The translations under genes were made by a program, and so were the position numbers. Below, in pieces: positions 24,365 through 35,821 of a DNA stretch of 64,000 nt. A model generated the notes under the pieces. The model did no database searches and was not told the origin of the DNA. It saw only the letters and a list, made by a program, of their open reading frames with translations. The stretch's first letter is position 1. The number at the start of each line of letters is the position of its first letter. The DNA comes from Hydrolagus colliei (lineage: Eukaryota): contig CM068768.1 in NCBI GenBank assembly GCA_035084275.1, positions 2,976,001 through 3,040,000 on the forward strand, given 5' to 3'.

Positions 24365-27337
24365 CAAGCTTATAGCTTCCTTTCACGCAATGACTGTTTC
24401 ACATAAGCATCTGAATTCAGCACTGAACCTTTTCCCTGTGCTTTTTCGGGGGGCTTGTTTCGATTGTTTTTTTTCAATCAGCTTTCAGGTTGAGATTTGA
24501 GACATATTTAACGTGCACGTCTTTAACGGGACATAATAATCTGAGGTTCAGGATAACTTACCCATTGTTGTCACTGCCTATTGTGGCTTTTTTCCTGTAT
24601 TTCTGCGCACTTTTGAACAGCCAAATGCCCTTTCTGTGCAATATGTGTATGTATGTGTGGAGCGATTGTTAGGTTTGCAGGTAGTGTTTGGGAATTATAC
24701 AGCAAAAACAAGCTAAGATTCTATCGTGCCTCGGAAACATGGTGGGCAAAGCCTCGAACCCAACGCGCTTTTGAATGTTTTTTTTCGCTTCTCAACATTT
24801 CTCAAACCAACGCTTAAGAACCATTTTAAATAGCAACTTTCAGGTCCCAATTCGTTTAAAATGGTAGTTTTCCTGCCACGCTTCATTCCCTCGCACTGCG
24901 CCGCTGTCTGGAATGCATCCGGAGAACTCGGTTGAAACCAGATAATTAATTCTATTAGAATTTATTATTATTATTTTTCACGCGTGTGTTTGGTAAATAA
25001 AACTTCGCAGCCCCATTCTTTCCTGGGCGAGAAAGGGGGTTGCGAGGGGTGGCCGTGTCCTCTAGGTTTGAATGGAAATTAAATGTATATTTTATTTTCT
25101 GATTGTAAATTATCTGCTCGTGTAGAACAAAGATAAATCAAACGGACATGTCGCTGACCCAGTGAGAGATCGGGAACACAAGTAGGCACAGATCTAAACA
25201 CTGAATTATAACATGCGCTTTTTTTATAAAGAGTATTTTTTTCAATTATATTTCTCGTAAATCGCGGCTGTTTTTTATTTCCTTTTTTTTTCATTCCCGG
25301 AATCGCGCCTTCAATGGAAATTAGCTTCCCAGTCGCCCGATTGTTGTTAATGTTCTTCACTTTTATCGCATTCTTCTTTCTACTTCAAAGGTCTTTACGG
25401 AATATATCAAGCTTTAAAAAAAAGACGAATTTACTGAGGGTTTTCTATAATAAATATTTCACTATACGATTATTCACAGAGACAAACATCGATTTTGTCA
25501 ACGTATTTTATTTAATTCTCTCTTTAAAACGCACCCTAATATATTTGCAAGGCTGTAACCGTTTGACAGTAAACCCTCGCTAATTTAAACAGCAAATTAA
25601 ATTAATTTCCTTAAGGCTAAATCCTATTTGGTTCCCTTTTTATACATAGAACTATTTTACGTAAAGACAGGTAGTCGGGATCTATTTTGTCTATATTCCT
25701 GTCTGATAAATGTTTCACAGTATCTTTCAGTCATATTTGCTATTAAATTAAGGAATGGGGATTGTATGTTTCTTATATAAATACAAGTGCGAGCAAGCAT
25801 TGTATTTCTCGAGTGGATTACTGCCGGATTTATACACTGTGATTTGTTATTTGGCAGCTGGTTAAGATCATAAAAAAGTGTGTCAGACTGAAACTGTACT
25901 TTTAAACACAAATTGGCAATCGCTATGCAGTGTAGTGCAGGCACAAATCAGAACCATGTGTATTTTGTTTGAGAGAGAGAGAGAGCTGCCGGGGATAAGT
26001 CTCGCGGTTGTAATCTCTCTCTGCAAAAGGTTCGGGAGCCCCCGCTTTTTCAAAAAAAACTTATTACCCGACTGACCCCTCATACATCAAATTATGTCGA
26101 AGCTTCCAAGGCAGTGCCTATTATCTTTTTTTTGGGTGGGGGGGGGGGGGGGGGGAAGAGGGGGATAGAAAGGTTCAAATCATGGTCAAAGAACACAAAT
26201 CCTGGTTTTTCAGGTTTACCATCCTTTGTCGATCGATCATAGATATCTAGGCTGGGCTTTATACAAACCGGGGAGAGGAAGAGAATCCTAACATACTGCA
26301 AGGCCAAAGGAGCTGAAGAAAAACACAGCCTCTAGTTTGCACACAGACTCAGTTTGCACTCAGTCATATAGGGGCCGGAAAAACTCACTTCTTCACCTTC
26401 GCCTTGAGCATTGCTCCTTTGAACCCGCCTTAAATACATTTCTTTATTGAGAAAAACGAAGGAAGAAATTATTTGAATTAAAAGGGCAATCGAGAGGAAT
26501 TTAAGTGCAATATTTGTGGTCTTGACTATTTTTTACCTGGATGTCATAAGTCTTGATATATTCTCTGCTTTGTGATGTACGATAGCTTAGAAGTAAAGAT
26601 GTGAATTTTCAAATCCTCTTGTTAAGCGAGAAATTACGGTCTCTACAAAGTATGTTTCACATTGGTGTCTGAAAACGTAGCTACTGAAATATCCATAAAT
26701 TTCCTTCTATTCAAACCAGATGTTTTAAGTAAAATCTCAATCCGCCGTGATCGCTGTGACAATTTGGCAGCTTGCTAACGGTGAATGGAAACCTAGCTTT
26801 AGGTGGTAGCACTATTTTTAATACAGCAAATTGACAGCATGGCATTTACTCACGACAGAGGAAAAAAAGGTAACAAAACACTTTGGTTCAACTGGCTCAA
26901 TTGAGAAAGTTCATAAAATGGGCTGTTAGATTTCAAAAGAGGAGTTTGGACCAATGCCCAGATCAGAAACATTTAGCCATAAATATATCTGTTCAAATCG
27001 TTTTGCAGATGGCTCTCCTGCTGATGAAATTAGTAGTTTTCCGATCAGGGTTCACTGTGAACGTGATTTTTGAAACGAAATTAAGAATAACCCAGGATAC
27101 ATGATCAGACATGGCATCTGCTGTAGTTGTTTGGTGGAAGCTATTCATGTCATTCCCTTTTGAGTGTGTAAGATGGATCCATGGCCGTTCCACTATTATT
27201 GTGTGGTTCTTCTAACCTTAGGTCAACTGCCAAGAGGCTATTGGAAGAAAACGTCACGTGAATCGGGCTGCCAATGTTATTCGATAAGGGTGTCAGGACC
27301 CTGACAGTTTGTGAAATAAATATTGGGAAACTGCGAG

Positions 27338-27755
27338 ATGCAAAAAACGACATACTGCGACAATTCTACTCTATTCGGTGGTTACATATACCAGGGAGCA
27401 AATGGGTTCAGCTATGAGGTGGCTCAGCAGCCATACCCACCACCTTCTCACGTCGAGAGTGATTACCAGAGGTCTGCTTGTTCTCTGCAGTCAGCTGGTA
27501 CCAATGTTCCACATCCCAAATCTAAAGACATCAATGGCAGCTGCATGCGTTCCAGCCTCCCTGATCACCACCAACCTCCTCCACCTGTGTCACCTCCCCA
27601 AAACCCCAGCAACAACTCGACACAGGCAAGCACCAGCAAGAGCTTGCCCAAATCTTCCCACACCTCCACACCCAACCTCACCAAACAGATATACCCATGG
27701 ATGAAAGAGTCGCGACAAGCGTCCAAGCAGAAAAATAACAGCTGTCCCAGCACAG
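27338..27755 (+). CDS. hoxb3: Hox-B3 coding exon 1
   Basis: [10 protein letters not shown] start, [10 protein letters not shown] motif and [12 protein letters not shown] hexapeptide. Phase-1 donor G|GTACTT at 27755/27756. Confidence 0.94.
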
Positions 27756-28620
27756 GTACTTACAGTCTATTTTGTGATTTTGAATACCCAAAGCACCAGA
27801 TGAAAAGACTGCACTTTGTTTACCCCACCGCACACCCACCAAAAAAATCAAACCATTAAGTACAGGCATTGAAGCTTGCTATTTTCTAATTTCCCCATTC
27901 CTGTTATCCATTATTAAAAATATAACAATGTACTTTGAAAGTATTCTGCCCTCACCCCCCCACCCACCCCTTTCAATCATGCAATGGTACGTCTTAATTG
28001 TTTGATTTTTTAAAAAGAAAAATTGAAAGTTATTATTTTTTATTACATTAAATCCATGCTTTGTAAATAGCCCGATGGTCTCAATGCCAACTGACTATGA
28101 CACTAGGAAGTCCACTTGCCAAAAATAGTCATATGATAGATATATATGTATGTATCTAAATAAAATATAGGCAAGTTCTAATACAGTACTAACTCATGAT
28201 ATTAGTAACAAATGTAACAGTTGTTGCTTCTCGGAATAATAACGAGTCTGTCCCGGGTATTCATTCTACATGGTTCTGGCAAATCACCATTGACTGCAAT
28301 TTGCTCCATCTTATCTACCCTTATCACTCCTACTGTAGAATATATTGTTCCAAACATTGTGTCAATATGATTATGATTCAATTGTCTGAGCTCTGGGGAT
28401 CCCACATCATATTTCTAAGTGTGTGGGGGGTGGGGGGTGGGGGCGGTGGGAGGGTGGGAATATGGAACGCTTAATAATCATGGATGTGAAGTGATGGCCC
28501 TTGATGTGTTAAAGGGGGTGCCACTGTCTCTCTTTTCAAGATTTATTAAATTTATTGGGAAATGTCCTTTCATGATGGGTTCATTTTAAGAGGTAATTGT
28601 CTTTATTTTATTGGTCACAG

Positions 28621-29387
28621 CAGAAAGTGTCAGTGGGGACAAAAGCCCGCCGGGTTCAGCTTCCAAAAGAGCGCGCACTGCCTACACGAGCGCGCAGCTA
28701 GTGGAACTGGAGAAGGAATTCCACTTTAACCGTTACCTTTGCAGGCCTCGACGGGTCGAGATGGCCAATCTACTCAACCTCAGTGAACGTCAGATCAAAA
28801 TCTGGTTCCAGAACCGCCGGATGAAATACAAAAAGGATCAAAAGACAAAAGGCATGGTGGGTTCTGGAGGACAGTCACCCACAGGAAGCCCACCTCTCTC
28901 TGTCCCGGCCCCCGGGGGCTTTGTCAACACCATGCATTCAATTCCAAACAACTCTGTCTACGATGCCCCCTCACCGCCGCCATTCAGCAAACCTCATCAG
29001 AACGCTTATGCCATGCCCAGCAGTTACCAAAACCCGATGAAAAATTGCCCGACACAGCAGCAGAAAAGATATACTGGGACTGCACCAGATTACGACCCCC
29101 ATGCTCTACAGGCCAACAGCAACTACGGGACTCCAAACATGCAGACGAGTCCCGTATATGTTGGTGGGAACTATGTGGAATCTTTGTCCTCTTCTGGCCC
29201 TTCTCTCTTCGGCCTCAATCATCTTTCGCACCCTCCATCCACAAACATGGACTACAACGGCGCCACTCAGATGGCAGCCAGTCAGCACCATGGACCTTGT
29301 GACCCCCATTCAAGCTACACAGACCTTTCAACGCATCATCCTTCTCAGGGAAGAATCCAAGAGGCGCCCAAGCTGACCCATCTGTAG
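28621..29387 (+). CDS. hoxb3: Hox-B3 coding exon 2 (homeodomain); spliced protein about 394 aa
   Basis: Acceptor cacAG ends at 28620, with a tandem CAG ending at 28623. [38 protein letters not shown] homeodomain and C-terminal [13 protein letters not shown] are typical of Hox3. Confidence 0.95.
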
Positions 29388-32300
29388 CAGGCACAAAGAT
29401 GGACGCTTCGTTAAGAAAGAGAGAAAAAAAACACTGTTTTTCATTTTATCATAAATCTCTACAGTCCATTTCCTTATTAGCATCTATTTGGTATCCATGT
29501 ACTCTGTTTTATATTATTAATATGTTGCTTACGTTTCCCACCCACCAACCCCCGCTATGTAGAATGTCCGTCCTAATCCTTTACAGTCTTTAAATCATTA
29601 ACTATGTCATGCAACTGCTAAAATTCCACACCCTCCCTTACTTGGACTTAACGTGAAAACAGGGTAAACGGACGAACCTGCTGTCCTTTAAAATTAAGCA
29701 AAAGAAAAGACGTTTTTTAGAGTATTTACTGATGCTTGTTTTTTTTCCTACGGACACCTGTATTGCACTTAACGTTTACATTTCAGTGGGTTAAAAACAG
29801 CCAATAAAAGGCGACTAACTCCAACTCAGTCATGAAGGTATTTTAACTGAGTGGATGGTGCGTCCTTCAATATGTGTGTATCCTGGTGAACACTCAAATA
29901 TATTTATTGATCAATGCCAGGAAAATAATTTTTTTTGTATTATTTATCCCAAACAATGCGTATTTATATATTAAACCAAGTTAAAAAAATGTACTTTTTA
30001 GTATTTACCTGTCGAGGCAGTTGTGTTCATGTCACGGTAAACAAGTTTATTTTAGTTTATGTAAACTAGAAACGAAAATGTAGTTTTCTGTTTTCATGTA
30101 CCTACAAATAATGTAATTAGTCAGATTGAAGGCACGAGGGCGGAGTCGGACAGTAATGTATAGTCTTGATTTAGGGAAAAAAATTAGGAATTTCTCCTTT
30201 CTGAGACGCCTTGCCTTCTTTGTAGCTATTTTCCTTCCTGGGAGTTGTCTGCCAAACAATTCTGGAATAAATCTGTTATCAGATTCTGTTATGGTATGGG
30301 TTGTTATATTATGATTATAAAAGGAAGTACCTGTACATGGAACCCTCCCGGCTCCAAAACGCAACACGCTATCACTTTCCTCCTATACGTTTTAAAACCC
30401 GCAGCGAACACAGTGCACAGTCACTACTACTCTTTCTAGGAAAATCCATTGAAGGGATGTTGAAACATTTCACCGACATGATAAGGAGTTCTATCAACTG
30501 CAAAGATTGTTATCATAAAGTTGTGTTGCGTTTACAGTAAAAACAATTGCACACGCGTTCACACTCGACAGTGTTACCAGGTATGGAAGCACTGAATCAT
30601 GTTTATTACATGTTTTCCCAGACCATTTCTACTTTATTATGAGTAGTTTGTCGCAATATCACTGACTTCGAAGACGGAATTGGCGAAGAAATTGCACTTT
30701 TTCGTCTTGTAAATATCTTTTATTACCAAACAAACAAGTCCCAGACACTTACACACACATTCAGGAATTAAGGGTAAAAAGTTTCCATCCGGTGAAAGGA
30801 GACACCACGTGCTGTCTGGGGAGAGCAGGCATTGGACCTGTAAGAGAAACAAAGAGGAAAGCATGAGAGAGCTGCCAAAATCCACAAAGCTTTGCAGTTC
30901 ATCGCTTTCAAAACGAAAGTGTTTTTCCTCGGTTTGGCAAGGAATTCATTTTAAAGCGATCTTGTCAAAAATGCCTTCTGGACAGATCTGCACCCACACC
31001 GCTAGCAGCATTTAACTATAAACTCCCGACGATTTCATTAGTTATAAAACAATGGGTGAATAATTGGGGAAAGTGATGATCGCGTTGACGAGACCTTGCC
31101 AATTCCAAGTAACTTGGTTTGTAATTGCAGGGTTTAAATGCATATCGTTAAATGCATTTTTTTAATGTTGCTAAAATGATGTTGTGATAAAAGTTCTCCC
31201 ACAATTTTAAGTTGATTGCACTCTCGAGTGAACACAATCAAATTGCAACAGTAAGAAAAACCCTGTAGCAACAAGCTATTAACCTATCAGTAACTAGGGG
31301 TTGTCTAGGAAACCATAAAACGAATCTACTATTTAAATAACGCGTAACTATTATTGCTGGTTAATTATTAACTTTGCCTCCAATTTTAATTATTTTTAGA
31401 TTGAATGTGCACATTGTCACGCTTACTCTGCACTTCTATAAACATGGTTAGAACAATGCTAGCTAAGAGTAACACAAATCAGTGAGTAGACTCCAAGCAT
31501 ATTTTCTTGAGTCAAACATTTGCTCCTAAACATTAAATTGCCAGTAAAATAAAATCTAGTTTATTATTTTACGATTAAGATAATGAGGCTTCAAGTGGTC
31601 ATCAATTATAAGTTCCGACATTTCATGTAATAATAGTTAACTTTTGCGTAAATCATATAGTATCTCCAAAAAGACCACCCAGACCCATTTATCCTCATCT
31701 ATGATAATTTTTGTAATTTACATTTTAATTTAAATCTTTTGAGGGGGAGTTTGTTTTAAAGTGATTGTATACAATATAGGTGCTGCTCACCCAAGCAGAT
31801 CTTAATCATATACACAGAGATAGGGGACAATTTAATAGCCATAAATCTGAGTAAAGTTATTCTCGAATCGTATACTAATTCTCGGGGGGAGTGGTCGAAA
31901 TACAATTTTGCTGCTGATGTAATCTAAGAGCTAAAAAGAGCCGGCGCCATATTGTTCGACCCCACCCCCCCACCCCTACACACACACACACACACATACA
32001 CCATGACGGGGGGGGGGGGGGGGGAAGACTTCCCATATATAAAAAAAACCTTCAACATATTTAACCCACTGACGCCCTATTGAAACGCATTCAATGTTCC
32101 TTCGATTTTGTTATAAAGCCACTGCGTAAAAAACGCATCTATTTGAGTTTTTGCTCTTGAAATTAGTAGTTGCGGCTTCAAGTATTATATTAACTGTCCC
32201 ATACATGACAGGGTTGCTTTTAGAATCTTGGCTTTCATTTCACTGTCTGCCTCCAGTCAATTAAAACTAGCGGAATGAAAACCGCATTCGTTGTGCAAAA

Positions 32301-32689
32301 TAGAACAAACCACAAAATATAATTAAACAGAATTCATTTGACTTCTCAGATTTTAAGAATAAAAAAAATCATTTAGGATTCGAGAGTGCTAAATTAACAC
32401 CTTAATCCTTGTCCAGTCCAAAACATAACAAAACCCATATTATTATAATCTCTCTCGCGTTGCATATTAACCAATTATTTTCAGTGTAAACTACCCCTTG
32501 TATTGCCTTTAGCGTTGTAAAACGTCTCTCTCTTATTTATGCTGCTAATTTTCGGAATTTTATGCCATGTTTTGAAGCAGATTTTAACACTAATCTTTCG
32601 CTTGCGCGTTTTAAGTACAACATTCCTCTCCCCAACACATTTTAAAGCCTCGGTTTCCTCAGAGGCCTGTGAAAACTCGCCCTTAAACA

Positions 32690-33010
32690 ATTACACCCAC
32701 ACACGTTTAACAAACAAAGGTTACTAGGCCCCAACACTACCCACACTAATCTGTTCACCAGTGAAAGTTATATTTTCCTTTAAAGGCCTGGACGTTAAAA
32801 AACACATTGATTTACATTTATATATATATTATGTATGTTAGTGGCTTTACGTGAAAATAAACGGCTTGTATGTGCACATGAACATTTTACAGGAAGAATG
32901 GCCAGGCTGAAGTCCTGGTATTTGATATGGGAAGGCTGTCAAGCTATTCGATGGGGGAAAGATTGATCGTTCCTGCCTTGAGTTTTTTCTTGCAGCTCAG
33001 TTTGCTTTTC
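32690..33010 (+). promoter_or_regulatory. Hoxb2 hindbrain/neural crest enhancer (Krox20, Sox/Box1, Meis/Prep, Pbx-Hox)
   Basis: CACCCACAC 32694-32702 and TACCCACAC 32738-32746 (Egr2-type), AACAAAG near 32713-32719, CTGTCA 32936-32941 and AGATTGATCG 32960-32969 (Hoxb1-Pbx r4 site). Confidence 0.8.
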
Positions 33011-33951
33011 AAAAAGAATTCTGTCTCAATCCTTAAGACTATTTTTCTTTTTTTAAAAAAAACTCAAAAATAGCTTTTGCTTCAAAAAATAAAAAAAATA
33101 AACTTGTTGTTTCAACAAAAAAAATGGCAATTGATAAAATCCCAGCATATTTTGTTTGACTTTCAGACGAAGTTTTCGATTGTGGGTGTAACTAACCGTT
33201 TTGTAGTTAAAACAAATGCAATTAGTGTAGCAATGTGTATAACGTTAGCTAGAGCGAGAGGTAAAAACAAATTATGAATTTCTGATCAAATAGATTTAAT
33301 ATTAAAAACAAACATGTTTTCAGAATGTAGAAAAAACTCACAAATTTCCTCCTGAAATGCTCTGAAATATTCCCACCTCCTCCATCCCCCCCCGCCCCCA
33401 ATTAAAATGCGATACTTACCTATTTCAGAAAAAAACTTTTCATTTGAAAAGCTAACATTTCTGTCCCTCATCGAAAATCGGCAAAGTACATTTTGATATT
33501 ATGTCCAAGATGGAGAGGCTGGTTTCAATAGCTTGGAACTTTCATACAAGCAAATAGCAACTGCCTGTCTGCTCTGGTGAAAGTTCTATTTTGTTACTGA
33601 CCGACCGTCTTGTCAAAACTTTGAAGATTAATGAGATACCTTGTTAATCACTCAAGCCGCCAGATTTTAGGTACATTTCATCTTCACTTGAATTGCAAGG
33701 ACAGTATTAGAGATTGAGCTGAATTTTTTAAAAAAAAGACCAAAAATAAAGCGTGCACCATTTTAAAATATAGCAATTTATAATGGCATGAATTATTGAG
33801 GAAATTTAACACGTTCATTGTACACTCTGGCGGGGGGTGGGGGTGGAAGTGTGTGTGTGTGTGGGGGGGGGGTAATATAGTGGATTTTTTTTCTCGACTT
33901 TTTTTGATCAGTTGTAGAGATAATGCTTTCTTTTTCATTAGACCCTAAATT

Positions 33952-33978
33952 GCCATTGGACAACGCCAATCATGTGAC
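33952..33978 (+). promoter_or_regulatory. Hoxb2 proximal promoter (CCAAT boxes plus E-box)
   Basis: GCCATTGG...GCCAATCATGTGAC about 150 bp upstream of the ATG. Confidence 0.65.
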
Positions 33979-34121
33979 AAGGAATTTGGTCCAATTTCAA
34001 CCTAGTCTTCAGTTTAATAGAGGACGGTCCCCATACGCCGTGTAATATCAGAGATACAGAATTATTTTTTTCTCGGCCTACCATATCCCTAACATTCTCC
34101 ATTCGGGGGGTAAAGGAGGCC

Positions 34122-34497
34122 ATGAATTTCGAATTCGAGCGAGAGATTGGTTTTATTAACAGTCAGCCGTCGCTTGCCGAGTGTCTGACGTCCTTCCCCG
34201 CTGTCGTTGATACATTTCAAAGTTCATCAATCAAGAACTCGACGCTTTCACACTCGACACTAATTCCTCCTCCTTTTGAGCAGACCATCCCGAGCTTGAA
34301 TGCCAGCAGCAGCCAGCCGCGGCCAAATCGGCCAAAGCGGCCTTCAAATTGCCTCTTGCAGTCTGCGCCCGCTCTGTCAGGCACCACAGAGTTCCCGTGG
34401 ATGAAAGAAAAAAAGTGTTCAAAGAAAAACAGTCAGGCACCTCCAACGCAACCTACCCCGGCCCCTGGGTGCACTCAATCGGCTGAGTCTCCGACAG
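34122..34497 (+). CDS. hoxb2: Hox-B2 coding exon 1
   Basis: [26 protein letters not shown] and EFPWMKEKK hexapeptide. Phase-1 donor CAG|GTCTGC at 34497/34498 (a weaker-consensus donor). Confidence 0.93.
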
Positions 34498-34584
34498 GTC
34501 TGCCCACAATCTAGATTCCCTCTTTATTGTCTAGACAACTTGCTAAAATTATATATTTTTTAAAAGGCGTTTACACAAACCTTC

Positions 34585-34756
34585 ATCCTGACATTTAATT
34601 GGTGTGTGTATATATAGCAAACGTGGTGTCGATGGCAACATCTTATAAAGCATACAGTTAATTTGTAATTTTATTGCACAGTGATTTATGAAATGCATTT
34701 ATAATTGTCTTGACTGATCCTACTGCTTGGGCTGTAAAAATGCTGATTTATTGTAA
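34585..34756 (+). promoter_or_regulatory. Hox2 intronic Pbx-Hox/Meis site cluster
   Basis: TGACA near 34589, TGTCGATGG 34627-34635, TGATTTATGA 34682-34691, TGACTGATCC 34711-34720 and TGATTTATTG 34744-34753. Confidence 0.65.
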
Positions 34757-35108
34757 TATTTTAGTTAATGTTATTTTAATATGCGATTTGTCTTAGATTG
34801 TGAAAGAGGTTATATATATTGTAGCTATGACATTTGCATTTTCGGCAGCCATGTTCGTATTGAGCAGAGCTTGAGTGGTCAGTGGCGAAAGCTACAGGGT
34901 TGTTTCACAAAGAACCACATTGTCAAATTCACTTTTTCCCCCCAAAAAAGACTGAAATGATTTGAATGAAATTTGAGTGATATTGACAAGAATGTGATTT
35001 TTTTGGGGGGAGAATAATTTCAGATTGCGGTTTTTAAATCGCTTTCAAAGTACATTTCAACCACTTTACTTTATTTCTCTTTCCCCCTTCACTGTGGTTT
35101 CTTGGTAG

Positions 35109-35821
35109 AAGTACATAGTGATCAAGATAATAGCTCCGGCTGCCGGAGGTTAAGGACAGCTTACACAAACACTCAGCTTCTGGAACTGGAGAAAGAATTT
35201 CACTTCAACAAATACCTGTGCAGACCGCGGCGGGTGGAGATTGCAGCCCTGCTGGATTTAACCGAGAGACAAGTTAAAGTCTGGTTCCAAAACCGTCGTA
35301 TGAAACACAAGAGGCAAGGACAATATAAAGAAAACCAGGACGGGGAAGCGGTTTTTTCCAACACCCCGGTAACAGAGGACGAGGCAACAGAAACCTCACC
35401 GTATAGCCAGCCTATCGAGGCAACAATGCCTTATTTAGACCACAAAAACTCAATCGACCAGGCGAAAAAACAAAGCCAAAACACGCTCAGTAAAGAACTC
35501 CAAAATCTCCAGGATCTGACTATCTGTGCGGGCGACAAAAACAACAGAATCTTTCTACACCAAACGCCCACAGCTGAAAACGGGTTTCCATCAGGGCAAG
35601 ATTGTATAGCTGGCCTGGCCTATCTGAGCCCAGACGCCCTCGAACTCTCCTCATTGCCTGATTTAAACATGTTTTCTACGGATTCTTGCCTTCCGTTTTC
35701 CGAAGGATTATCTCCCAGCCTGTGTTCTATCGACAGCCCTGTGGAAATCCCTGAAGACAATTTTGATATTTTCACAAGCGCCCTCTGCACAATAGACTTA
35801 CAGCACCTCAATTTCCAATAA
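35109..35821 (+). CDS. hoxb2: Hox-B2 coding exon 2 (homeodomain); spliced protein about 362 aa
   Basis: Polypyrimidine tract then tAG ending at 35108. [37 protein letters not shown] homeodomain and C-terminal [10 protein letters not shown] are typical of Hox2. Confidence 0.94.

Noticed and set aside
34893-34900. miR-10 seed match TACAGGGT
   Set aside because: It lies in the Hoxb2 intron and is not in the mature mRNA.
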